Positions 17,951-27,587 of a DNA stretch of 64,000 nt are shown piece after piece. Source of the stretch: Thermoanaerobaculia bacterium (GTDB lineage Bacteria > Acidobacteriota > Thermoanaerobaculia > Multivoradales > UBA5704); contig DASYKS010000041.1 in assembly GCA_035995205.1 (NCBI GenBank), positions 173,671 to 237,670 on the forward strand. The letters run 5' to 3'. The translations under genes and the position numbers were made by a program. Each line of letters begins with the position of its first letter. The first letter of the stretch is position 1. Below the pieces are notes generated by a model. The model was not told where the DNA came from. It saw nothing but the letters and a program-made list of their open reading frames with translations, and made no database searches.

Positions 17951-20857
17951 ATGAAGAAGCTCGTTGCAGTCCTCGTCGTCCTGGCGGTCGTTCTCGGGCT
18001 CGGTTCGTTCGCCGCTTTCGCTCAACAGACCGGTTCGATCGAGGGGAAGGTCACCTTGGCCGACGGCTCGGCGGTTGCCGGGGTCGCGGTCGAGGCTCGG
18101 TCCAACGTGCTGCCGCAACCGCGTACCACGACCACCAACGCCGCCGGCGAGTATCGGTTGCCGCTGCTTCCGCCGGGCGAGTACGAGATCACCTACACGC
18201 TCGGCGACCTCGCGCCCGCGAAGGAGAAGGCGTTGGTCCTCTTGCAGCAGATCACGGCCAAGAACGTCACGCTGTCGCCCGAGGCGGTGACCGAGGCGAT
18301 CGAGGTGGTGGCCGAAGGGGCGCCGACGATCGACACGACGTCCTCCGAGCTCAAGACCGCGATCACCGAAGGGACGATCGACGCGCTGCCGGTCGGCCAG
18401 GAGTATCGCGACCTGATCAAGCTGATCCCCGGTGTCCAGTACACCGAGGACAACGTGCGCGGCCCGAGCGCCGGGGGCAGCGGCCAGGACAACGCCTACC
18501 AGTTCGATGGCGTAAACGTCGCTCTGCCGCTGTTCGGCACCCTGTCGGCCGAGCCCTCGTCGCACGACATCGACCAGATCGCGATCGTCAAAGGCGGAGC
18601 CAACGCGGTCGATTTCAACCGCTCGGGAGGCTTCACCATCAACTCGGTGAGCAAGTCGGGCACCAACAGTTTCCACGGCCAGGCGAGCTACCAGATCCAG
18701 CCGAAGAGCACCACGAGCACGCGCGAGAACCAAGGGAACACTTCGGTCTTCGATGACGACAAGGATTGGGCGACGCTTTCGGCGGGCGGCCCGTTGGTCC
18801 GCGACCGCCTGTTCTTCTACGGCTCGTACTACCGGCCGACGGTGCAGAGGGAAAACACCGCGAACGCCTACGGCTCGGTGCCGGACTTCGAGAGCACCCG
18901 CGACGAGTACTTCGGCAAGTTGTCGTACACGCCGCTGCCGAACGTTTCGCTCAACGGCAGCTACCGCGACTCGTCGCGCGAGAACGACGTCGCCTCGGTC
19001 GGCGCGTTCGCCGCGGCCTCGACGTCGCTCGGTGAAGCGGCGACCCTCGGCATCGCGATCGCCGAAGGTTCGTGGATCTTGAACGACAAGAGCTTCGCGA
19101 GCTTCAAGTACACCGATTTCAAGAACGAGACCTCGTCGCGGCCGGATATTCAACTTGGCTTTACGCCCGGCTTCGGCCAGCGCCTCGACCTTGCGAGTCT
19201 CGAAACCCAAGGCCTGTTGAACGTGCCGTTGCCGATCGCCGGGCAGACCGCCTTCAACAATTTCATCGCCCCGCTCATCCAGCGCTACGGATTCGACCGG
19301 AACGGCGCACGGGCGGGGGGCGGCCAAGTCGGCGCCGGCAGCACGGAGAGCGACGACGATTTCTTCCGCCAGAGCTACCAGGCCGGCTGGAACTACCTGT
19401 TCGGCCAGAAGGCGACCCACGAGATCCACCTCGGCTACAAGTATTCGAAGGATGAGGAGGATCTGCAGCGGACCAGCAACGGCTTTGGCTCGATCACGGT
19501 TCCCGGCGGCCGGACCTCGTTCAACGGCAGGCCGATCTTCTTCGAGGCCGCGGTCGACCAGATGGGTCTCCCGGGCGGCGTGCCGCTGATCCATTCCGAG
19601 TTCGTCTCGCACAGCGTCGAGATCAACGACCAGATCCGGCTCGACAACTGGACGTTCAACCTCGGGGTGCTCGCGAGCAACGACGTGTTCTACGGCCAGG
19701 GGCTCAAGGAGACCTCCGGCAACCTCTCCGGCTTTGCGCTCGCGCCGGGGCACAAGTACAAGATGTACGACATCGACTTTGCCGACATGATCCAGCCGCG
19801 GGTGGGTGCCACCTGGGCCTACAACGGCCGCGACACGCTGTTCGTGAACTATGCGCGCTACAACCCGGCGGCCAGCTCGCTGCCTCGGGCCGCCGCTTGG
19901 GACAGGAACCTCGCGCGGACCATTCGCTTCTTCTTCGCCGCCGACGGCAGTTTCATCGGGAGCGATCCGCTCGCCTCTTCGTCGGGTAAATTCTTCGACG
20001 ACGATCTCGATCCGCGCAGCGTCGAGGAATACCTGATCGGCACGTCGCGGCAGCTCTCGGCCCGATGGGTCGGCCGGGTTCACGCCCGCTACCGCTACGC
20101 CACCAACTTCTGGGAAGACACCAACAACGACGCTCGGATCCTGTTCAACGCCCCTTCGGACATTCCGCACGAGCTGTACGTGCCGAACCTGGCCCAGGTG
20201 CAGCGCGAGATCGGTGGCTCCTCCTACGTGATCGCGGAGCTCGACGGCGCGTTTTCCAAGTACTACGAGGCGAGCGTCGAAAGCGAGTACCGGGGCAACA
20301 AGACCTATGTCCGCGGCTCCTACGTTTGGAGCCACTACTACGGCAACTTCGACCAGGACAACACGACGACCGACAACGACCTGGCGATCTTCGTCGGCTC
20401 TTCCAACCTTGCCGATGGCGCAGGGCGCCAACTGTGGGACAAGAAATACGGCAACCTGCGCGGCGACCGCCGCCACCAACTGAAGATCTACGGTTCGTAC
20501 GACCTGGCATGGAAGGCATCCGTCGGTGCGTTCGCGATCTACCAGTCCGGCCAGCCTTGGGAGACCTGGGACGTCGAGGTCTATCGCGCGCTCACCACCA
20601 GCACGAGCGACGTGAACCGGAATGCCGAACCGGCGGGCTCGCACACCACGGACCCTCACTACCAGATCGACCTCAACTACACGCAGAACTTCTCGTTCGG
20701 CCGCTATAACGTCCAACTGCGCGGCGACCTGTTCAACGTCACGAACAACCAGACCGGCTACAACATCCAGAACCAGAAGCACTCGGCCGGGTTTGGCACG
20801 CCCCGCACGTTCTACGACCCGAGACGGCTGCAGCTCGGGGTGAAGTTCGAGTTCTAA
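17951..20857 (+). CDS. TonB-dependent receptor with an N-terminal carboxypeptidase-regulatory-like domain
   Basis: Signal peptide MKKLVAVLVVLAVVLGLGSFAAFAQQ. GSIEGKVT…AGEYRL is a CarboxypepD_reg signature. The plug and barrel end with the terminal aromatic …LGVKFEF. Confidence 0.8.
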   Translation: MKKLVAVLVVLAVVLGLGSFAAFAQQTGSIEGKVTLADGSAVAGVAVEARSNVLPQPRTTTTNAAGEYRLPLLPPGEYEITYTLGDLAPAKEKALVLLQQITAKNVTLSPEAVTEAIEVVAEGAPTIDTTSSELKTAITEGTIDALPVGQEYRDLIKLIPGVQYTEDNVRGPSAGGSGQDNAYQFDGVNVALPLFGTLSAEPSSHDIDQIAIVKGGANAVDFNRSGGFTINSVSKSGTNSFHGQASYQIQPKSTTSTRENQGNTSVFDDDKDWATLSAGGPLVRDRLFFYGSYYRPTVQRENTANAYGSVPDFESTRDEYFGKLSYTPLPNVSLNGSYRDSSRENDVASVGAFAAASTSLGEAATLGIAIAEGSWILNDKSFASFKYTDFKNETSSRPDIQLGFTPGFGQRLDLASLETQGLLNVPLPIAGQTAFNNFIAPLIQRYGFDRNGARAGGGQVGAGSTESDDDFFRQSYQAGWNYLFGQKATHEIHLGYKYSKDEEDLQRTSNGFGSITVPGGRTSFNGRPIFFEAAVDQMGLPGGVPLIHSEFVSHSVEINDQIRLDNWTFNLGVLASNDVFYGQGLKETSGNLSGFALAPGHKYKMYDIDFADMIQPRVGATWAYNGRDTLFVNYARYNPAASSLPRAAAWDRNLARTIRFFFAADGSFIGSDPLASSSGKFFDDDLDPRSVEEYLIGTSRQLSARWVGRVHARYRYATNFWEDTNNDARILFNAPSDIPHELYVPNLAQVQREIGGSSYVIAELDGAFSKYYEASVESEYRGNKTYVRGSYVWSHYYGNFDQDNTTTDNDLAIFVGSSNLADGAGRQLWDKKYGNLRGDRRHQLKIYGSYDLAWKASVGAFAIYQSGQPWETWDVEVYRALTTSTSDVNRNAEPAGSHTTDPHYQIDLNYTQNFSFGRYNVQLRGDLFNVTNNQTGYNIQNQKHSAGFGTPRTFYDPRRLQLGVKFEF

Positions 20858-21000
20858 CGGCACGCTTCACCACGTGAAGAACGGCGCCCCGGCCTCGCGG
20901 CTTGGGCGCCGTTTGCGTTTCAAGGCCGTCCTGGAATTAGATTCGCTCCAGGCTTTGTTCATACCTGAAGTACGCCGTTTCCACCGCCAGGAGGTCTCCG

Positions 21001-21903
21001 ATGTCCATTCGTCCCGTCAAACACATCTCCCGCTCCACCCCGACGATCGAGGGTGCGGGCGTCCATCTCCGCCGCGCGTTCGGCTTCGGGCAAACCGACG
21101 AAACCGATCCGTTCCTGCTGTTCGACGATTTCCGGAACGACCGCCCGGCCGACTACATGGCGGGCTTCCCCTGGCATCCGCATCGGGGGATCGAAACGAT
21201 CACCTACGTGCTCGCGGGCTCCGTCGACCATCGCGACTCCCTGGGCAATCAAGGGTCGCTCGGCGCGGGCGACGTCCAGTGGATGACCGCGGGCCGCGGC
21301 ATCCTCCATCAGGAGATGCCGCAAGGCGACCCGAAAGGGCGAATGCATGGCTTCCAGCTCTGGGCGAATCTGCCGTCTACGCTCAAGATGACTACGCCGC
21401 GCTATCAGGACGTGACGGCGAAAGACATTCCGGAGGTGACGGACGACGACGGCACGAAGGTCCGCGTGGTCTGCGGCGACTTCTGGGGGGTGTCCGGTCC
21501 GGTCGACGGCATCGCGGCCGAGCCGCGCTATCTCGACGTCTGGGTCCCGCCCGGACAGAAGAAGACGCTGCCGGTCGAGACCACCCGCCACGCCTTCGCC
21601 TACGTCTTCGAGGGAACGGGAAAGTTCCTCAACGCCTCGGCTCCCCGGGCGGTGGCGACCGAAGATCTCGAAAGCGGCCTCGTGACCCTCAGCTCGGCGG
21701 TTGAGAACCGCACCCTCGTGGTGTTCGATCGCGGCGACGAAGTCGTCGTCCAAGCGGGCGAAGAGGGGATCCGTTTCCTCCTCGTCTCCGGCAAACCGCT
21801 CGGCGAGCCGGTCGCCTGGCACGGCCCGATCGTGATGAACACGCAAGGAGAGATCCAGCAGGCGCTCTCCGACCTTCGCAACGGCACGTTCCTGGGTTCG
21901 TAA
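21001..21903 (+). CDS. Pirin family cupin protein
   Basis: …FPWHPHRGIETITYVLAG…WMTAGRGILHQE… are pirin N-terminal cupin motifs. Confidence 0.85.
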   Translation: MSIRPVKHISRSTPTIEGAGVHLRRAFGFGQTDETDPFLLFDDFRNDRPADYMAGFPWHPHRGIETITYVLAGSVDHRDSLGNQGSLGAGDVQWMTAGRGILHQEMPQGDPKGRMHGFQLWANLPSTLKMTTPRYQDVTAKDIPEVTDDDGTKVRVVCGDFWGVSGPVDGIAAEPRYLDVWVPPGQKKTLPVETTRHAFAYVFEGTGKFLNASAPRAVATEDLESGLVTLSSAVENRTLVVFDRGDEVVVQAGEEGIRFLLVSGKPLGEPVAWHGPIVMNTQGEIQQALSDLRNGTFLGS

Positions 21904-21910
21904 GGAGATG

Positions 21911-21941
21911 CCGCGCCCTGGGGTTGCGCCTCAGGGCGCGG
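21911..21941 (+). terminator. GC-rich hairpin downstream of the pirin gene (putative terminator)
   Basis: A ccgcgccctg…cagggcgcgg stem of 10 bp with an 11-nt loop. There is no clear U-tract. Confidence 0.3.
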
Positions 21942-22130
21942 GCTAGGCCGAACCGGCCTTCGAGAATCGCAAGATATAAACTGTATTGCGACGATTGATA
22001 TAAAGATCGCACGAACAATCGGTCGGTGTGCGGTTTCCCGGTCGTCCGAGTAGAATTCCGCCGCCCTTCCCGAAGAGCATCCGAGGCGTAACGTCTCGGC
22101 TCGGCCCGAGCCCAACAAGCGAGAACCGCT

Positions 22131-23303
22131 ATGTCCGATCTCATTCCTCGTTTCAACGAGTTTGGTTACTCCGCCGAAGGGGTCGCCGCGCGGCGCGGCT
22201 GGATCGAGCAGCGGACCGGCGCGGCTCTTCGTCATGTCGGCGCCTTCACTTTTCCGGCGGAAGAGATGCGCGGCAAGATCGAGAACCCGATCGGCGCGGT
22301 GCAGATGCCGCTCGGCGCGGCCGGTCCCCTGCGGGTCTGCGGCGAGCACGCGGAAGGGATCTTCTTCGTGCCAATGGCGACGACCGAAGGCGCTCTGGTG
22401 CGCTCCTACGAACGAGGGGCGATGGCGGTCACGCGAGCGGGCGGCGCGCACGTCCGGCTCTACGTCGACGAGAACCGGATCTCGCCGGTCTTCGTGTTCG
22501 CCGGTATCGCCGAGGCGGCGGCTTTCGCGCGCGAGCTACCCGAGCGGTTCGAAGCTTTGCGCGCCGAGGCCGAGGCGACCACCCGGCACGGCCGGTTGTT
22601 GCGCGTGGAGCCCTTTCCGCTGGGGCGCGAGGTGATGGTTCATTTTTGCTATTCGACCGGCGACGCGGGGGGAATGAACATGATCGCCCGCGCGACCGAT
22701 CGGGTCTGTCGTTGGTTGGTCGAGCAGAGCGCGGCATTGCGCTTCTACCTGTTCGCCGCGCTCGATTCGGAAAAGCACGCCAGCTCGTCGTTGTTTTTCG
22801 GCGGTAAGGGGAAGAAAGCCGTGGCCGGTGTCCGGCTGCCCGCTTCGCTGGTTCGGAACTATCTGGGCTCGACCCCGGAACAGATCCTGGAGCTTTGGCA
22901 CACCAACGTGCTCGCTCAGCTGCATGCCGGCGCTTCGACCTGCAACGCCCATCTGGCCAACGGGCTCGCCGCCCTGTTCATCGCCTGCGGCCAGGACGTC
23001 GCGAACATCGTGAACGCCTCGGTTGGGATCTTGCGCTTCGACATCGAGGCGGACGGCGCGCTGTTCGCAAGCGTCACCCTTCCTTCGCTCACCGTGGCGA
23101 CGGTCGGCGGCGGCACCCAGCAAGGGACCTCGCGCGAGTGTCTGGAGATGCTCGGCTGTCTCGGAGACGGCAAAGCCCCCCGCTTTGCCGAAATCGCCGC
23201 CGCGTTCCTGTTGGCGGGTGAAATCTCTCTGATGGCTGCGATCGCATCCGGCGAGTTGGTCGCGGCTCACGAAGCCTACGGTCGCAACCGGCCGGGGGGG
23301 TAA
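22131..23303 (+). CDS. HMG-CoA reductase, class I-type catalytic domain (soluble, no membrane anchor)
   Basis: …ENPIGAVQMPLGAAGPL…, …VPMATTEGALVRS…, …TGDAGGMNMI… and …ATVGGGTQ… match class I HMGR catalytic motifs. Confidence 0.8.
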   Translation: MSDLIPRFNEFGYSAEGVAARRGWIEQRTGAALRHVGAFTFPAEEMRGKIENPIGAVQMPLGAAGPLRVCGEHAEGIFFVPMATTEGALVRSYERGAMAVTRAGGAHVRLYVDENRISPVFVFAGIAEAAAFARELPERFEALRAEAEATTRHGRLLRVEPFPLGREVMVHFCYSTGDAGGMNMIARATDRVCRWLVEQSAALRFYLFAALDSEKHASSSLFFGGKGKKAVAGVRLPASLVRNYLGSTPEQILELWHTNVLAQLHAGASTCNAHLANGLAALFIACGQDVANIVNASVGILRFDIEADGALFASVTLPSLTVATVGGGTQQGTSRECLEMLGCLGDGKAPRFAEIAAAFLLAGEISLMAAIASGELVAAHEAYGRNRPGG

Positions 23304-23387
23304 ACCGCCGCTTCGTCATCCCGAGCGAGAGCGAGGGATCCGGGGGTTGGGCGGCCTTGAATTCCGCTGGAGTAGCGGGCAGTTTTT

Positions 23388-24173
23388 CTACCCCAGCCCA
23401 TCCAACCATCGACCGAGCGCGGGAAGCATCTCCGCGGCCGGCCCGGCCAGGCGCACATCCGCCAGATCGGAAAGCGGTGTCGGCTCGACGTTCACCTCGA
23501 TCACCAGGGCGCCGGATCGCGCGGCGATCTCGATCAGGCCAGCGGCCGGATAGACGGTGGCCGAGGTGCCGACCGCGAGAAACAGCTGGGCGGAGCGCGC
23601 CGCCTCCGCCGCGGCTTCGAACACTCCCTCCGGCAGTTGCTCGCCGAACCAGACGACGTCCGGCCGCATGCGCCCGCCGCACGCCGGGCAGCGCGGCGGC
23701 TCGCGGGGTGAACGCGAGACCGCTTCGGCCATCGGCTCGCGCCGGGCGCATGCGGAGCAACGGGCGAACGCGATCGTGCCGTGCAGCTCCAAGACCTCCG
23801 AGCTGCCGGCCGCAAGATGGAGCCCGTCGACGTTCTGGGTGACCACCTGGAGCAACTCGAAGCGATCCTCCCAGCGCGCGACCTCCCGGTGGGCGGGATT
23901 GGGAGCCGCAGCCGCCACCTGTTGCCAGCGCCAGGCATACCAACTCCAGACCGTCTCGGGATTGCGGGCGAACGCCTGCGGTGTGGCGAGCTCCTCCGGA
24001 CGCATTCGCTCCCAGAGCCCGCCCGGGCCGCGAAAGGTGTCGAGCCCGCTCTCTTTGGACAGTCCGGCGCCGGAAAACGCCACGGCCCGTCGCGCCGCGC
24101 GCGCCCGTTGGGCGATCGGGCCGGTGGTCGGGAGGTCGAGATCGGTGCGGCTTTCGATGGGTGCCTGGCGCAT
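23388..24173 (-). CDS. cobB: NAD-dependent protein deacylase (Sir2/CobB family)
   Basis: …FSGAGLSKESGLDTFRG…QNVDGLH…CxxC…CxxC…GTSATVYPAAG… are sirtuin motifs. Confidence 0.85.
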   Translation of the reverse strand: MRQAPIESRTDLDLPTTGPIAQRARAARRAVAFSGAGLSKESGLDTFRGPGGLWERMRPEELATPQAFARNPETVWSWYAWRWQQVAAAAPNPAHREVARWEDRFELLQVVTQNVDGLHLAAGSSEVLELHGTIAFARCSACARREPMAEAVSRSPREPPRCPACGGRMRPDVVWFGEQLPEGVFEAAAEAARSAQLFLAVGTSATVYPAAGLIEIAARSGALVIEVNVEPTPLSDLADVRLAGPAAEMLPALGRWLDGLG

Positions 24174-24244
24174 GGTCGCAGGTTATACCGCTCGCCGAGG
24201 GAGAGGTATCCTTCCTGGCGACCATTACTCAGGAGAGCTCTGCG

Positions 24245-25000
24245 ATGACCGCCAACGATCTGCTCGGCTCCGTCCTCGTCTATCTCGGTCTGTTCGGCGC
24301 TGCGGTCGGCACGTTCGCCGTCTTGCGTCCCGTCCATTGGTTGCGTCTGTCCACGCGGAGGCGGGGCGCGTTGCTGCTGGGAACTGGGCTCGTGTTCGTC
24401 CTCTTAGGGATGGCGATTCCCGCGCCGCTCCGGCACGCCATGGGCTCGACGCGCCTGGATGAGATCCTGCCGGACTACCAGTTCTCCGAATTTCACGAGA
24501 CCGAAGTCGAAGCCACTCCCGCGGTGATCCATCGGGCGATCTGGCAGGTGACGGCTCGGGAGATCCGCCTGTTTGGTCTGTTCACCTGGATTCGCTCCCC
24601 TCACTGGCCCGGCCGGCGGAAGGACGAGACGATCCTCTCGGCACCGGCCGATCGGCCGATCCTGGAGGTCGCGACCTCTTCCGGTTTCCGCCGGCTTGCC
24701 GACGAGGAGAACGAGGTCGTGGTCGGCGCGGCGGTGATCACCCCGCGGGGGCTGCGTCCGACGGGGGACCTGCGCAAGATCCCGGGGCTCGCTCTCGCGG
24801 TGATGAGCTTTCGGACCGAGCCGCTCGGCGCGGACCGCTGCCGGTTGACCACCGAGACGCGCATCTTCGCGACCGACCGCTCTACGTTCCGGCGCTTCAA
24901 GCGGTATTGGCGGCTGATCGCGCCGGGCAGCGCGATCCTTCGCAGCACCTGGCTCCAGGCGATCCGAGCGCGGGCGGAGCGCGAGCCCGCGGACCGTTAG
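24245..25000 (+). CDS. Hypothetical protein with N-terminal TM helices
   Basis: Start at MTANDLLGSVLVYLGLFGAAVGTF…. It has no recognisable family. The upstream part of the ORF-track frame is rejected. Confidence 0.45.
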   Translation: MTANDLLGSVLVYLGLFGAAVGTFAVLRPVHWLRLSTRRRGALLLGTGLVFVLLGMAIPAPLRHAMGSTRLDEILPDYQFSEFHETEVEATPAVIHRAIWQVTAREIRLFGLFTWIRSPHWPGRRKDETILSAPADRPILEVATSSGFRRLADEENEVVVGAAVITPRGLRPTGDLRKIPGLALAVMSFRTEPLGADRCRLTTETRIFATDRSTFRRFKRYWRLIAPGSAILRSTWLQAIRARAEREPADR

Positions 25001-26160
25001 GCCCGCGGATCGGCCGGCCGGCGGCGACGCTCGACGAGCAGGAGAGGGCCGTCCTGCGATTCTTTGCGGAAGCCGAGCAGATGGCAGACGTCGAGCGCGA
25101 AACCGCGGGAGTTAGGCGTGTCGAGGAGCAGGGCGTCGGACTTCCCCTCGACGCGCCGGACGCCCGGCAGGAGCGGCAGCAGGCGGTCGAATCGGAGCGC
25201 GCGGAGGAGGGTCGAGAGCCCCATCCAGAACGGCTTCACGCGGCGGACCAGAAAATAGCCGTCTTCGCCAAGTTTCTGGTAGAGCGGCATGAACAGATAG
25301 CCCCCTTCTTCGGTACGCACGTCGCCGCCTCGGTCGTGGGCGACCACGCTCCCTTTCTGAATCGGAAAGAAATTCTTGAAGCCGGGATTCATCGCGAACT
25401 CGTCCTCCGGCCGGATCGCGTGGCGATGGCGCAGCTCCAGCGCCTTGGGGAGGCCCTGGGTCGCGTCGGTTAGCAGCGCGCGTTGCGCGAAGAGACCGGC
25501 GACGCGCTCGGCGTCCGCCTCGGCGAGGCACCCCGCGGCGACCAGCGTCAGCCAGAGCGCGGCCTCCTGGCGCGCGGCCGACTCGGGCGCGTCGTGCTGT
25601 CCGGCTTCGAAGCCGATCGCGACGTGGCCGAGCTGGTTGACGTAGTTGAGCAGCGTCCCTTCCAGGCTCTCTTCCAGGCCGAGCAGGATCGGCACGTGAA
25701 GAGCGAGCGCGAGCCTTCGATTCACCCGGGAATCCGAGACGATCGCAAAGGGCGCGCTGTCCGACGAGGTGGTGTGCAGATCGAGGAATACCGCGGCCCC
25801 CGTGCGTACCCCAAGCGCCGCTTCGATTTCGCCGCCCAGCTCGACCAGCTCGCGATCCTCGCCGCTGAGATCTTCCGGCCGCGCGCCTTCGAGCGCCGCC
25901 AACCGCTCCGGCCGCCACGCCCGGTTCAAGTCGCGATCGAGAAAACGTTCTCCCCGGTTGAGCGCTTGCAGGTTGCCGGAAAGGCCAAGCACCCGGCCGC
26001 GGAATGGAGGCGCCACGGCGTGAAGCGCCTCGAACAGACGGACGATCGCCCGCGCTCCGGACGGCTCGTTGCCATGCATGCCGCCGGTCGCGATGAGCAG
26101 CGGGCCGGGGGTACCGGTCGAGTATGATCCGAGGACGCGGGGCAGCGGGGACGAGAGCAT
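24997..26160 (-). CDS. Succinylglutamate desuccinylase/aspartoacylase (AstE/AspA) family zinc hydrolase
   Basis: …IATGGMHGNEPSG…FLDLHTT… are metal-ligand motifs of the family. Confidence 0.75.
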   Translation of the reverse strand: MLSSPLPRVLGSYSTGTPGPLLIATGGMHGNEPSGARAIVRLFEALHAVAPPFRGRVLGLSGNLQALNRGERFLDRDLNRAWRPERLAALEGARPEDLSGEDRELVELGGEIEAALGVRTGAAVFLDLHTTSSDSAPFAIVSDSRVNRRLALALHVPILLGLEESLEGTLLNYVNQLGHVAIGFEAGQHDAPESAARQEAALWLTLVAAGCLAEADAERVAGLFAQRALLTDATQGLPKALELRHRHAIRPEDEFAMNPGFKNFFPIQKGSVVAHDRGGDVRTEEGGYLFMPLYQKLGEDGYFLVRRVKPFWMGLSTLLRALRFDRLLPLLPGVRRVEGKSDALLLDTPNSRGFALDVCHLLGFRKESQDGPLLLVERRRRPADPRA

Positions 26161-26187
26161 TTTGTTGAACGGGAGGATCGAGCCCGC

Positions 26188-27390
26188 CTACTCCCGCCGC
26201 CACGCGACCGGTTCGCCATCTTCGGTCCAGGGAAAACGGGAACGCGCGAGCCATTCGATCTCTCCGTCCTCGGTAGCCGAGTCGCCCGCGATCACCGTGC
26301 CCGCTCGCAGATCGCGCCGAAGCTGGATCGCCGCCCACGCGTCGCGCAGGCTCGAAACCCAAAACGGCGTCCATACCGCCCAAAAGACGACCGCAAGGGA
26401 CCACCAGCGGTCGCGAGGCTGGGGGTCCAGGAGCAGAACGCCGAGGACGATGGGAAAACCGATCGCAATCCAGAACCCGTTGTTATGACGCGACGCGAGG
26501 TGCGCGAGTCGATCGCGTTCGGAAGGCCGCAACCCACGGCGCCGGACCTCGCCGGTCGACGGCGCCGGCTTTTCAGGGCGCGGCTGGCTCGATTCTCCGG
26601 TTTCAACGGGGCTTTCCGCCGGCTCCTCCCCTTCGAGAAGATCGAGAAGCCAGACCCACGAGAGGATCGTGGGAATCACCCAGACGAATATCGCCAAAAC
26701 CTGCGATGCGGTCGGGTCGGGCGGCATCCCCACGACGATCGAGATCAGGAGGACGGAGCACCCGAAGGGGACCACCGCCAACAGCGCGCGAGGGCTCTGG
26801 ATCGAGGGCTGAATGCGGCGCCACTTTTCCCGGATCCGTAGGCGGAGGCTCGTGTCTGAAACCAGGTGCCGATTCAAGGTCGAGCTCGGTGCCAGGTCTG
26901 CCTTTTCCGACTCGGAAAGAGGTGGACTTTCGGCCCGCGAACGACGGCCTCCGAGCCCCACTTCGAGCCGAGAGAGCGGCAGGATCGACGCCTGGCCTAC
27001 GACAGCGGCTTCGGGATCCGCCTCCGCGCGCCGCTCGTATCGCTCAACCCTACCGGCGGTCAGGTCGAGGCGCAGATTCTTCATCTCTTTCCCAAGTCTA
27101 AGGAATCCGACCAGGGCTCCGCCGAGGCAGGCGCCGCTGCCGAGCCCCAACAGGCTGAGCTCGGAATCCCGGTAGAAATCGAGCCGCGCTTGCGGGAAAA
27201 ACGAGAAGAGCAGAATCAAGCCTGCGGCTCCGAGCGCAACGGTCCGATACCCGCGGAGGATGCGCCGCCGTGCCAGCCGGCGCTCGGCCCGACGGCGCTC
27301 GCAGTCGGTCAGCGGGCGTTGCCCGACGAAAGGCAAACCCAAACAGGTCCGGCCGAGAGGTTCGTCGTGCACCGCGATCTCGTCCGCCAT
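26188..27390 (-). CDS. Hypothetical membrane protein
   Basis: Start at MADEIAVHDEP…. It has multiple TM segments and no recognisable family. Confidence 0.45.
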   Translation of the reverse strand: MADEIAVHDEPLGRTCLGLPFVGQRPLTDCERRRAERRLARRRILRGYRTVALGAAGLILLFSFFPQARLDFYRDSELSLLGLGSGACLGGALVGFLRLGKEMKNLRLDLTAGRVERYERRAEADPEAAVVGQASILPLSRLEVGLGGRRSRAESPPLSESEKADLAPSSTLNRHLVSDTSLRLRIREKWRRIQPSIQSPRALLAVVPFGCSVLLISIVVGMPPDPTASQVLAIFVWVIPTILSWVWLLDLLEGEEPAESPVETGESSQPRPEKPAPSTGEVRRRGLRPSERDRLAHLASRHNNGFWIAIGFPIVLGVLLLDPQPRDRWWSLAVVFWAVWTPFWVSSLRDAWAAIQLRRDLRAGTVIAGDSATEDGEIEWLARSRFPWTEDGEPVAWRRE

Positions 27391-27587
27391 CGTTCCTCCC
27401 GGTTGGTCTTTTCGAAAGGTAAAGGAAATGGGTGGGTTTGACCAGTGTTTTTCGTTCGCCGCCCTCGCGCTCCTTGACACTCCCCCACGAGCCGGGCTAC
27501 GTTGCCCCCGACCCTAGATCGGAAATCGTCGCTTCCTCCCTCGTGCTCTCATTCGCCGGGGCGGAAGCGTTCAAGGAGGATCGTATT

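Noticed and set aside
17690-20863. The upstream 1050 aa of the 1148-aa minus-strand ORF antisense to the TonB-dependent receptor
   Set aside because: Only its last 91 codons (BrnT) look like a real protein. The rest is Arg/Val/Gly-rich antisense of the receptor gene.
22028-22807. Alternative frames over the HMG-CoA reductase gene (22028..22807 +, 22162..22635 +, 22536..23270 -)
   Set aside because: Low-complexity Arg-rich products. The 22131 frame carries all HMGR catalytic motifs.
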